Source: Eledone cirrhosa
Taxonomy: Eukaryota
DNA length: 64,000 nucleotides
Direction of reading: 5' to 3'
NCBI GenBank assembly: GCA_964016885.1
Contig: OZ024742.1
Location: forward strand, 114,204,001-114,268,000
This document shows positions 12,141 to 25,982 of the stretch, in pieces; position 1 is the first letter of the stretch, and every line of letters starts with the position of its first letter. A model generated the notes under the pieces. It saw only the letters and a list, made by a program, of their open reading frames with translations, was not told the origin of the DNA and searched no databases. A program made the position numbers and the translations under genes.

Positions 12141-12637
12141 AGTATATGTTGGTTGTATACAAACACAAACACTACAGAGAGCCTCACCCCAGAAAGAATT
12201 ATATAGACTTCTGACTGAGGAATGCTCTCAGAACTGACCAATGGGAAGTTTGACACTTTTTTTGTTATTTTGTTCCTTTAACACCTTGTCCCTTCTACCA
12301 CTTTATGAATATTTTAAGCTAACTCCAACAATAACAACACTTAGAATGAGGAATGTTCTAACAACTGACCAATGAGAGGAGAAGAGGCCCTTTGACACTG
12401 AAATTCGTTTGTTTGAATTCATATGATTCCAGTTCTTCAGTGAAATAACAACCCAACCAGGAACTGGGCATATCAGAGTATTGACAAAATTATACACCTA
12501 AACAACATATGTACTTGTCTATACCACACTGATTCAGACTGCCTGGATAGGTCACAGCCAAAGATGGCTGTCACTGAAATATATATAGCAGTAATAAACG
12601 AAGGTAAATTTTAAGTATTTGACTTTTTATTTAACTT

Positions 12638-12640
<3 letters not shown>
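12137..12640 (+). mobile_element. Family A Penelope-type terminal fragment with a mutated HHR (12539-12591)
   Basis: Homologous to 42240-42640. Motif reads ctgc CTGGATA ggtcacagcca..tggctgtcact GAAA tatataTA gcag. Flanked by (TA)n. Confidence 0.7.
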
Positions 12641-13594
<954 letters not shown>

Positions 13595-13628
13595 CAAAGA
13601 GCGCTTATAACATCAATCAATTTTTATT

Positions 13629-13675
13629 CGCTGACAATGTTTCATCTATACCATGGGGCGGGACTCATCAGAGCG
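13629..13675 (-). ncRNA. Type I hammerhead ribozyme (family D)
   Basis: Minus strand: cgct CTGATGA gtcccgccccatggtatagat GAAA cattgTC agcg, followed immediately by AATAAA. GUC triplet. Confidence 0.75.
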
Positions 13676-14280
13676 TTGAAAACAAAAATACAATAATGAA
13701 GATAAGCTCTACCGACCTACATGATAAGAACAATAGATATATGGTACAGTATCAAGGATAATAGTGAGAATGGAGATAATACATAATAAGGTTGTTAGTC
13801 AGAGTAAGGAAAAACAAGGAAAAATAAGGAAAAATGAAATGAACGGAAGTAATCACACAAGAGATAGATGCATGTGAAGGAATCAGTCTAGGCGATAAAG
13901 AAAAAAGAAAAAAGAAAGAATACTCAACAATATTAAAAAAACAAATAAAATAAATAAAAGATAAAAAATAAAATTAAAATAAAAACAAATAAAAAAATAA
14001 AAAAATAAAAATAAAAAATAATAATAATTAATTAAACAGTAGTTAAAAAATAAAAAAAATAAAAAATAAAAAAATAAAAAAAATTTAAAATAAAAAAAAT
14101 AAAAAAAATTTAAAATAATTAAACATTTTTTTAAATAATAAAAAAAATTTAAAAGATATTAAAATATATATATATATATTAAAAAAATATATATATTAAA
14201 AAATATATATATTAAAAAAATTATTTAAAAAAATATATATAAAAAAATATATATATTAAAAAAATATAAATTCAAGAAAT

Positions 14281-14464
14281 AATTGTTTCTACTTTAGGCA
14301 CAAGGCCAGCAATTATCCAGTGCATTACTGGTACTTTATTTTATCCACCGCGTAAGGATGAAAGGCAAAGTCAACCTCGGCGGGACTTGAACTCAGATAG
14401 TAAAGGGACGTAACTATGCTGGAAAGCATGGTGTCCGACCCTCTCCCGATACTGCCAATCCACC
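14281..14464 (-). mobile_element. tRNA-derived SINE (octopod-type)
   Basis: Reverse complement carries B-box gagttcaagtcc, gttgactttgcctttcatcc, gtaccagt and ggccttgtgcctaaagtagaaac. Confidence 0.85.
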
Positions 14465-14824
14465 GAATAATTAAAAATAATTAAAAATAATAAAAAAAAT
14501 AAATAAATAAAAATATGGTAATAAGGTTCAGATTGGATTTAGTATTCTCCAAATTCAGAACGGTTAGGGTAACAATAAGATTGTGGAGCTCTTCTGATAA
14601 GAGGTGTTAGTCTTGCATGAGGATGGGTACAGCACAATCATAAGCAGGAACACGAGCAAAGGAGGGTAAGTGTATAGAAGAAGCTGAAGCAGTCAATTCA
14701 CAACAGACAGTCCATACATGGTTTAAACAATGTTTGAGGCATATCCGGCAAGGGGAACAAAAATCATATATATATATCGTCAGTAGATGGTAACACACGA
14801 AATTTCACAACATATATAGACACA

Positions 14825-14855
<31 letters not shown>

Positions 14856-15545
14856 TGTATATATCCTTCATAGATGGTATTCCAGTCCTGTTTATACGTC
14901 CGCATGTACGTATCATAAGGTCTGGTACTATATGTTATGAGCCGGTGTTCCAATCGAAATCCTCATATAAATAGTGCTCTAGATTGCGGTTTTATACTAT
15001 TCACAATCACCCACAGTAATATACATCTAATTCCGTGTTCCGAGGGTATTATTTTCTGAGCATTGTATGAACACACATTATAGCAGTAGCTTGTTGACTA
15101 TTCACCTGAAGCACGTGGTTAGACAAACAAACTTAAAATATAACATAATATAATATAACATGACATATAGAATTTACAAGTGTACAGACCGAATCAGTAA
15201 TTCTGCCCAGCGCAACGGTGAGTCAGTAAACACATACATGTGTTCATTAACTAAACAAGACAGCGATTATATAGTGTAGCTCCGCAAAAAATAAACAATG
15301 ACGATAAACACATACGCACCAAATGATGACGTAGAGGGCACACATAGTGGGTAACTCCCTGTTACTCACTACTAAATACGTTTCTATGGTTAAGGAAGGG
15401 AGACTACTATACCACTTCATCTATGAAATCAAAAATTCTAAAAACTCAAATATTCAGACCGTAGAAAAAGTTAGAATTATCTCCTACACCGTATATATTA
15501 GCTATATTTCTAATACAAAGGAAGGGACGCTATTCTACCACTTCA

Positions 15546-16737
15546 TCTATGAGATCAACAATCCAATAGCAAATTCCTACACCGTGTATATTAGCCAGAG
15601 TAACAATAACATTCGTGCATATACAAATAAATACTATCGGACCTATGTAAGGAGCTATGCTATTAACAGATCTCCCAACCAGTCAAACTGATAATGCGAA
15701 AGCCATTAAATCATTATTAACCTAGTGTAAGTCTCTAAAATCACAAGAGAGATATAATACCAGACATCTTTGTGATCTCTATTAAGGATTTGAGATGAGT
15801 TTCCCTCTCGTTTTGCTGACTTCCGGCAATATGGAACTCTATTTAATTTATTTGGCATTCCTTACGAAAGAGGTGTGGAGCATGTGGCAGAAGAATATCT
15901 GTTGGAGTTAATTGACTTACAGTACGACGAATCTTTGAAATTGAAATTTCAGTTCGAATCCACTGCTGGCTTCTACAAGAAATATATATTGCCAAGCGGA
16001 AAATATAAAAACATATTGACTAATGCGAAACTGATGATATCATTATTTGGAAGTACATATGCTTGTGAACAACTTTTTTCCAAAATGAAATATACTGAAA
16101 GTCATTTAAGAACAAGGTTGCGTGACGACCACCTGGATGATGTTTTGCTCCTGTCATCGACAAATATTTCACCTGATGTGGAGAAGTTATCGCACAATAA
16201 GCAGAAACAAGTGTCTCATTAAATCATTTACCATTTCTAACAGTAATTCGTTTGTAGCAAGGAATTTGTTTTTTTTTTGTTGATTGTGACAGTAGTTGTT
16301 TTTCTGTTATTCCTGCAGTAAAATAAGGAATTTGCTTTTTTTTTGTTGAACGTTTTTGTAGTTTTTTATTTTGTAGTTTTTTTTAATTCCTGCAGTAAAA
16401 TAAGGGGCCTTGTTAAAATAAAATTATATTAAATTCCTTGTTATGCTTTAAACCTCCAGAAAATGTATTTACATATTTAATAACATGGCCCACCTGCATG
16501 ACACTGCATAGTTGTGTTGGCCCTCTCTCTCCAAAATGTTGCCGACCCCTGTTCTATGAGATCAAAAATCCAATAGCAAATTCCTACACCGTGTATATTA
16601 GCCAGAGCAACAATAACATTCGTGCATCTACAAATAAATACTATCGGACTTATGTAAGGAGCTATGTTATTAACAGATCTCCCAACCAGTCAAACTGATA
16701 ATACGAAAGCCATTAAATCGTTATTAACCTAGTGTAA
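15546..16737 (+). repeat. ~185-bp direct duplication (15546-15730 and 16553-16737) flanking a hAT fragment
   Basis: tctatgagatcaa.aatccaatagcaaattcc...aacctagtgtaa occurs twice. Confidence 0.85.
15785..16551 (+). mobile_element. 3' fragment of a Charlie/Buster-type hAT transposon (GTF2IRD2/ZBED8-like C-terminus and right TIR)
   Basis: ORF 15875-16222 contains FGSTYACEQLFSKMKY..S.LRTRL.D.HL. TIR gttgccgacccctg at 16538-16551 (reverse complement CAGGGGTCGGCAAC), followed by ttctatga, close to the NTCTAGAN target preference. Confidence 0.85.
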
Positions 16738-16891
16738 CTTTATATGACTATAATCAATTGTATTAAATTTATTATGGGGTATGTTATAAATATAATTCTT
16801 AGCCTATAGTTTTAACATCAGAGAAACGGTATCCTAATATATAAGTGTAGGTAGGTCGTCTATCTATATCTGTCTCTCTCCCTCTCTCTCC

Positions 16892-16923
<32 letters not shown>

Positions 16924-17194
16924 GTGTGTGTGTCAGTGGCGGATTTAAGGAATAGGGCCCAGTCGGCATTGGTCAGTAAGGAGGCACCAGAGTGAAAATT
17001 AAAGTACCTTCTTTTCGAGCGAGTATTGAAAAAGTTTTTTTTTTTAATTTCCTATTTAGCTACCAATAATCATTAAGAAGACAATTAAATTACAAGTACA
17101 CTTTATTTGAAACAAACAAACAGATGTGCTGTACTGTAAACAAATAATAAAGTAATAAAGTTGTATATATGTTAGTCTTTTACACAAATTGCTT

Positions 17195-19840
17195 TTACAT
17201 GCGCAGACCTCTGCGAGCTTTAACAGTTGAAAAATGAGTTATAGCGTGGTCCAAGTTTACTGATTTAGTAATTTTGTTTTCAATTGCCAGCAGGGCAAGA
17301 CTAGATAGCATCTCCTGGCCCATTGTTGAACGAAGATAATTTTTAATTCTTCGTAGAACACTGAAAGAGCGTTCCGCACTTGCTATGCCAATTGGTAAAG
17401 TGAGAAATAGCCTTACCAGAATTTCAAACTCGGGAAAGACATCACACAAGTATAAATAAAATTTCAGATATGGCATAACCCCACTTTGTTTTAAAGCTGC
17501 GTTTGGCTGTGAAAAGAAGAGGCCAATGAAAGAAAAGAGTTCATTTCTGAGTTCCAGTGTGATTTCATTTGGAAAGTTATCTACCAATGTTGCTACATGT
17601 GTTTTTAGTTCATCATCTTAGCATTTAGCCAGTCGAGTTGGACTCAAAAATCCCAAGATTGAAGATATTTTTTTTATTCCTTCAGTTCGGGCTCTCATCT
17701 CCCCAATCATACTATCCAGTGATTGAAAATAAATTGCAGTGAAATATCTATCTGAAGCAGTAGCTAGTCTTTCAACACCACAAACTTCACCATCCATAAT
17801 CTTTCTCCTCCTTACTCGCGTTATTTTAAAATCAACTTCAGATGCATCAAATCCCACGTCATTCCAGGCTTTCTTTGCCTGGTCCACAAATTGTTCAAAT
17901 TTGTGATCGCATCTGAGTTCTTCCAATTTATCTGTTGAACGTTCAAAGCACTCAGTCACAAGGAATAAATCAATTGTCTTAGCTTGTAGAAGACGATTAG
18001 CTGAATTCATATTTTCTAACACTTTGTTCCACCAAAGTAGAGATAGGAAAAAAGTCCAGTCCATTTTCCCTTGCAAATCAGTTGCCTGTTTTACTTCATT
18101 TGAGTCATGATTTTCTTCTATCAAATCTGCCAGACATTCACTGACATTGTGAAAGTTTCCCAGGAGAGCAGAAACTGCATTATGTCTGGCTGACCACCTT
18201 GTCTGAGAGAGTGATTTCAAGGTTCCGGATCTTGATGAGCCACATATATGCTCATCTTCAACTTCTTCGTCAATTGAATTAGAAATAACCTTCTCAACAG
18301 ATTCTAAAAGATTCTTCTCCTGACTTTTTGCCATATCAAGAAGTTGACTCCAGCGTCTATTTGAATTAACAAAGAAAGCATAGATAGATTGAATGTTATC
18401 AAAGAAGCATTTAATTTCAACAAGAGGTGGAGGAGTACCACTTTGAGCTGCATGTTCAATAACTATATTGAGTTGGTGGGAAGGACAGTGAACATATGGA
18501 ACAAAAGTTTTCCGTCCAGTGCCATATTCTTTTTTAGTAAAGCTTGAACACCACCTAATGCCCCACTCATCACAGATGCTCCATCATATGCCTGTCCTTT
18601 AATATGTTTGCGCTGCAAGCCAAGTTCTTCAAACAATGCCTTTTCAATGACACTGGTAATACCAACTTCACTAGCATCAAGGACATGATAATATCCAACA
18701 AAGTGTTCTACAATTTCCAATGACTTTTCAAGTCTGTCAATTTTTATAAATCTCAATAGCACCGCCATTTGGTCCTTATGACTTATATCAGTTGTAGAAT
18801 CAGCAATCACAGTGAACAATTTGGCTTCCTTGCAAAGATCAACAATTTTGTCAAGTGTCATTCTTGAAAGAATCTGGACTTGTTCCTCAAAGATAGTTTC
18901 GCTCAGATATTTGAGATGTCCCTTGTCCTCAAAATGTTGTTTAAGAATAGGATCGATTGTGCTTATGTGCCTTAATATTGATAACTACACACCTGGATTA
19001 TCAGCATCCAAGGATTCTCTATGACCTCTTAGTGGCAATCCTAGACATGTAAGTTCTCGTAAAAGTCCGAACTGATGATTAAGAACATATTTCCATTTTT
19101 GAACTTCTGCATCCATTTGTTTTTTCACTGAAACTCCAATGGACATATTCTTGGCGAACTGTTTATAGGCATATACTGCTCTGTGATGAATTTTTGATTG
19201 AGAGTGTTTTTCAATGCTTTTGGAAATGTGCTTCCAATCATTCATACTCTTTGACCATGGCGAGTTTTTGGCCTCTTCATCACCAAATAACCAGCAATTA
19301 TGGCAGTAACAATAATTACCTTTGTATGAATAAGCTAGCCAGTATCTGTGTACTCGTTCTTCAAGGGTTTTTTTTTTAATTATAGTAACTGCTCTTGAAT
19401 TTTCTAGAATGGATAATTCGATAGTCTCCTGTAGGCATATCATTTTCCAAAGGTTGACAAGCACCCCTTTCAACTAAAATGCTCAAGTAATCTTTCACTT
19501 TATTCTTTCCTGTATCAAATCGTGCTTTGTCATTTAAAAATGGCATTGAAGCCTGACTAATTTCAGAAAGTTCATTTTCAACTTCAGAAAGACTTATATT
19601 TTCTACAGCAGGTCCAGTCACTTGAGAAGGAAGCACAGGTTCAGCCACTTCAGGAATAGTTTCAGCTTCACCTGTAGATATTGTAGGAATATTTTCTTCT
19701 GCAACATCCTCAATATCTGCACTATGGGGCGCAGAAAAAGTCAATAATGTTTGATTTTTTGCTTTGCCTGCTAATTCCAAATCCTTTTTTTATTTTGAGT
19801 GCACGCTTCTCAGCACCTGATGAAAACTTCTTCTTAACAT
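17195..19840 (-). pseudogene. hAT transposase pseudogene (TTF-type zinc finger, DUF4371-like region, catalytic core, dimerisation domain)
   Basis: Consecutive minus-strand fragments: KKFSSGAEKR; WLAYS..CYCHNCWLF..W..H..S..H; LPLRGHRE; IADSTTDISHKDQM; GQAYDGASVMSG; LKSLSQTRWSARH; LTLPIGIASAERSFSVLRRIKNYLRSTMGQE. Several frameshifts and stops. Confidence 0.9.
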
Positions 19841-19970
19841 TGTGAGTCAGTCTACAAACAAAATATGAACAAGGCATAGGAAATAATAAAAGGAACTTAC
19901 CAATTATTTGTTGCTTACACAATTTTAATGCTTTAATATTTTTAAACTGTGGCCCAATAAAACAAATTAC

Positions 19971-21211
19971 GGCGATATCCAAAAATACCTCCCCCATGCC
20001 TAGGGCTAAATAACTTCGCTGTTCGCTGCTGATATGAGGCTAAATAACTTCGCTGCTGGCTGCTGAAATGAGGCTATTCCAACAAATTTACATTCCCTTT
20101 TTTTTAGCCGTTAAAAGAAATATAGATTTATTTATTTATTTGAAACGTTTTTGTTAGTTTCATTGTTTTGTTTTTTTGGCGATATTTTTGTTAGATTCTT
20201 GGTTATTTTCTAGTTTCTTTTTTTTGGCGTTTTTTGCAAGGTTTTTTTTTATAGATTTATGTATTTATTTTTAACGTTTTTGTTAGTTTTTGTTTTGTTT
20301 TTATGTCACAAACATTGCTCTCCGACGCTCTACCCATAATAGTAAGTATTAGTGGTTGTAATAAAAATGCAATCAAAACGTAATAAATACCTTCACTGAT
20401 TTCTTTCCTTATATTATCAACAGAAGCTGGTATGTCACCCAAAGTTTCTAATTCCTTCTCCACAATAAGACAAATATCCATGTGTAGTTGAACAGTCTTT
20501 GGTACAGTGTTCTATGAATGTTTTCGAACGAATGAATAATTTCAGTTTAAAATCAATTTCACTTTAACTTGTTTGGGTATTTAAAACGAATTGGCATAAC
20601 TAGCTCCCTGCTAAAGGTGAAATAACATAGTTCTGTTATCTTATAATTGATTTGTATATAAGTTAAAATGAAATTGATTTTAAACTGAAATTATTCATTC
20701 GTTCGAAAACATTCATAGAAAACTTTACCAATGACTGTTCTTTCATACTTATCCTCTTCAACTACATGGATATTTGTCTTATTGTGAAGAAGGAATTAGA
20801 AACTTTGGGTGACATACCAACTTCTGTTGATAATATAAGGAAAGAAATCAGTGAAGGTATTTATTACATTTTGATTGCATTTTTATTACAACCACTAATA
20901 TTTACTATTATCGTTAGAGCGTCGGAGAGCAATGTTTGTGACATAAAAACTAACAAAAACGTTAAAAATAAATAAATAAATCTATAAAAAAAAACCTGGC
21001 AAAAAACGCCAAAAAAAATGAACTAACAAATATATCGCCAATAAAACAAAACAATGAAACTAACAAAAACGTTTAAAATAAATAAATAAATCTATATTTC
21101 TTTTAACGGCTAAAAAAAAGGTAATGTAAATTTGTTGGAATAGCCTCATTTCAGCAGCGAACAGCGAAGTTATTTAGCCCTAGGCATGGGGAGGTATTTT
21201 TGGATACCGCC
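19971..21211. mobile_element. Nested non-autonomous foldback DNA transposon (Merlin- or MULE-like) with ~550-600-bp TIRs and an 8-bp TSD
   Basis: Termini GGCGATATCC...GGATACCGCC. TSD caaattac at 19963-19970 and 21212-21219. Arms 19971-20571 and 20660-21211 enclose a ~90-bp spacer. Confidence 0.8.
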
Positions 21212-21608
21212 CAAATTACAATTTTTTTTTTTTTGCAAGCGCCCAGTCGGTAGGGGCCCAGTCGGCATTTGCCACCTTCGCCACCTGTTAAATACGCCAC
21301 TGATGTGTGTGTGTATATGTATAAAGACGCACACGAGTAGCCGCATCTAAACCTTCAATCACTTACATATGCCCACTTATGAAAGATTGCATTATTTTAG
21401 AATCGCGAGTCTGAAGGAAAGATCGATAATACATGCGGGCTTGTACTTTCTATCGGTGACCCTCAGACGATCCTTAACGAAACGGGTATAAAAAAAAAAC
21501 CTCCATGAAAACGAAACTTTTTCTTAATATGTATATATATTATCTCTCTCTCTCTACATATATGCATGTACGTATACATACTTATGTATATATATATATA
21601 TATATTTA

Positions 21609-21641
<33 letters not shown>

Positions 21642-21652
21642 GTCTAGCTATC

Positions 21653-22246
<594 letters not shown>

Positions 22247-22274
22247 TATATATGTATATATATATATATATTAT

Positions 22275-22337
<63 letters not shown>

Positions 22338-22364
22338 TAGATAGATAGATAGATAGGTAGATAG

Positions 22365-22417
<53 letters not shown>

Positions 22418-22493
22418 TATGTATACGTACATGCATATATGTATCCAGACGTACAGTATTATGTATATATATACATACATGCACACATATATA

Positions 22494-23582
22494 TACTATC
22501 AATAATAATGTGTTCAAAACTCAGGCACTCTTTTACAATGAAATAGCTCAAAGAAAGAACTATTTCTGAGCCGTGTAATACAATTTAATATAAATTAATA
22601 TATTTGATAAACACAAATACCAACATATTCATGTTTGTATTGTAAATGACCAGGTTAGCTAGATTGAAATATACTAATAATAATAATACATTTTGCCTGT
22701 CTCTATTTAAGATAATAAATCAATAAAAACAAATCATATTGGCAATGGCCGTAGTGCTTGGACAAATTTAAATTTCAAAATCAAACCTGTTCCGTAGACA
22801 GGTTTAAACGTTAAAATCCAAATATGTTTCGAATAATGAAAAAGTGAAAGAATACCGAATTTTGATCTCCCCAGCAAGCAATATAACAATTGATATGTTT
22901 CACTTCAAAATATTTATAAAGACTGATTAACGCACATGGTATTTCACGCGGTTATCCAGTGTCTAGCTGTCACATACTCGTGCTGCTAGAAATAACAGCT
23001 GTTTGTATGGGGCTAAATTCAGCTCCACAAAGGAGCAGTGAAACTATCTATAATAATGAGTTCAAAACTCAGGCAGTCTTTTACAAAGATATACCTCAAA
23101 GAAAGAAGTATTTCTGAGCCGTGTAATACAAGTTAATATAAATTAATATATTTGATAAACACAAATACCAACATATTCATGTTTTTATTGTAAATGACCA
23201 GGTTAGCTAGATTGAAATATACTAATAATAATAATCATTTTGCCTGTCTCGATTTAAGATAATAAATCAATAAAAACAAACCATACTGGCAATGGCCGTA
23301 GTGCTTGGACAAATTTAAATTTCAAAATTAAACCTGTTCCGTAGACTGGTTTAAACGTTAAAATCCAAATATGTTTCGAATAATGAAAAAGTGAAAGAAT
23401 ACCGCATTTTGATCTCCTCAGCAAGCACTATAAAAATTGGTGTTTCACTTCAAAATATTTAGAAAGACTGATTAACGCACATGGTATTTCACGCGGTTAT
23501 CCAGTGTCTAGCTGTCACATACTCGTGCTGCTAGAAATGACAGCCGTTTGTATGGGGCTAAATTCAGCCCAACAAAGGAGCA
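22494..23582 (+). repeat. Tandem direct duplication, ~548-bp unit
   Basis: 22494-23037 and 23043-23582 are collinear with scattered substitutions. Confidence 0.9.
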
Positions 23583-23699
23583 TATATATATATGTACTCA
23601 TATATATATATATATATATATATAAAGGAGCATATATATATATATATGTACTCATATATGTACGCATATATATATATATGTACACATATATATATATGT

Positions 23700-24352
23700 A
23701 CTCATGCATTTGTGAACATTTATTATAATGCTCGGTTTGTTTGTAAACAAACATCCCGAATTAAGCCGTACAGTATTTAGAAATCCATCGTGCCCTTTTG
23801 TTCAACACTGACAAAGGAATGATGTACTAGTGTCAACCTTATTAGCTATCTTCAGCACCGTATACCTTCCTGCCAGACGATTCAGGGCAACGATGGTTGA
23901 TAAACACTGTACGACTCAATTCGGGATGTTTGTTTACAAACAAACCGAGCATTATAATAAATGTACGGTGAATCCATACGTACATATATATATATATATA
24001 TATATGTGCATGTATGTATATATATATACATAATACTGTACGTATGTGTACATATATGTATGTACGTATACATACTTATATTTAAGTAGCAGCCGTACTA
24101 AGAGTGAGAAATGAAAATTCGTTTCATTTTTTCGATTTATCGTTTTCGGTGCGCCCGGCCGATTAACTCACTCGATATACAAATTAGGGTGCTCAGCCGT
24201 TAATATGCATAAGGAAAGTATATACTTTCAGACGTTCAATCATCTGTTAGGAAGGTATACGGTGCTGACGATAGCTAATATGCTTGAAACTAGTAGATCG
24301 TTCCATTGTCAGCGTTGATCAAAATGGCAAAGATGGTTTCATTTTTTCCATT
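23700..24352. mobile_element. Family C element with inverted arms: HHR at 23819-23861 (minus, GAAA>GACA) and 24259-24301 (plus, intact core)
   Basis: Homologous to the 11273-11693 unit. Plus-strand motif reads acggtg CTGACGA tagctaatatgctt GAAA ctagTA gatcgt, with one stem I mismatch. Confidence 0.75.
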
Positions 24353-24544
24353 TACATATATATATATGTATATATATATATACATTTATATGTATGTATA
24401 CATTTATATGTATATATATATATAGTTTAGTTTATTCATTGATGCGTGCAAAATACAGATATAGATACAGGCACACAAGCATATATATACATTGAACCTT
24501 GATTAACTCTTAAATATATATATATATATATTTATATACATATA

Positions 24545-24617
<73 letters not shown>

Positions 24618-24959
24618 GTAGATAAATCTACCAAGAGTTTACGAATTGTTCACAGTTGAAAAATGGTTTAATTAGGAATAAAAGAGTATTAGTGATTGTA
24701 TGGGTTAGTATTCAGTTGTGGTTTTAAGTTTTTAAGTTTTTACCGGTTGCGCATTTCTAAATGCTTTTCAAAAATAATTTTGAGATAGAGTGTCCGTGCT
24801 GTTTGCTCTGATCAGAGCAAACAGCACGGACATAAAATATTTTTATATATATATATATTTAAGAGTTAAACAAGGTTCAATGAATACATCAAAGAATGAA
24901 TTTTACAATAGATTGGAAGACACAACAATAAAATTATGTTCCAGAGTTATTAGTATTAA

Positions 24960-25850
24960 TTCAAAATATTAACAAATGAGATATTCTTGTGATCAATTAT
25001 ATTTTATTATACATATTTCAGAGGTACTGAGTTAAGTTCAACAGTACATCCTCTTCAGATAAAATAAAATGATACATGACATACCCTGACATGGTAGATG
25101 GTTAAGATTCAATCAATGTAGTGATTAACTTATGACAAAACTCAATATGTATACTCTAATATTGAGAACATGAGATAAGGTAATACAAACAATAGAGAGG
25201 GTGCGTGAAATAGATTTTAAGAAATACATGGCATCAATATAACTGCTATAACATTTTAATTTTAAAAACTACTAGAGAAAGAGGATGGAAAAGAAAGCAT
25301 AATAGATGTGATAATATATTTACTATGAGGCTTGAGAAGACAAATGAAAGACGATAAAAGAGAGAGAGAGACAAAGGGGATTTCTATATAATATAGTTGG
25401 CGGTTAATTTTCAAAATATTTAATTTATGCTATTTCAGGGTGAAGAATCATAATTTAGGTTTTAAAAGTTAATAGGCATTTGTATTAATATTATAATATA
25501 TTATGTTAAATTTCTATAATTCAAATTTTATTGAAACAAATTTAAAGGATTTACGAAACACGAGAAATAAAATATATATATGTATAATGTTTATATCCTC
25601 ACAAAGGTAATCTTTACCAAAAATACTTATAATATTGACAATTTTAGGGTATAAATATTGAGTTTTGTCATAAGTTAATCACTACCTTGATTGAATCTTA
25701 ACCATCTACCATGTCAGGGTATGTCATGTATCATTTTATTTTATCTGATGAAGACGTACTGTTGAACTTAACTCAGGACCTCTGAAATATGTATAATAAA
25801 ATATAATTGATCACAAGAATATCTATTTTGTTAATATTTTGAATTAATAT
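24960..25850. mobile_element. Family E element with ~190-bp inverted arms, each carrying an intact HHR (25001-25065 minus, 25738-25802 plus)
   Basis: attttat CTGA(A/T)GA ...gtactg..cag(t/g)ac.tct GAAA tatgtaTA ataaaat. 7-bp stem I. Confidence 0.85.
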
Positions 25851-25930
25851 TATATATATATATATATATTTAAATACATAGATAGATAGATATATAGATA
25901 CATGCACACACACATACACACACACACACA

Positions 25931-25982
<52 letters not shown>

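Larger units (their letters stand above)
13600..14800 (-). mobile_element. Probable decayed Penelope-like 3' end (GIY-YIG-like tail relic ~14525-14790, pyrimidine-rich UTR, HHR), interrupted by a SINE
   Basis: HHR at the distal end. Weak resemblance of LSEELH..LN..KSNL to the C-terminal E..I..LN motif of Penelope endonucleases. Confidence 0.4.
16934..21302 (-). mobile_element. Full-length hAT transposon (Tip100 / ZMYM1-THAP12-like) with a frameshifted transposase
   Basis: TIRs CAGTGGCGGATTTAA and CAGTGGCGTATTTAA (14/15 match). 8-bp flanks gtgtgtgt/atgtgtgt, inside (TG)n. Confidence 0.9.

Noticed and set aside
21455-21490. CAGACGA tccttaac GAAA cgggta HHR-like string
   Set aside because: Core mutated and stems I and II do not pair convincingly.
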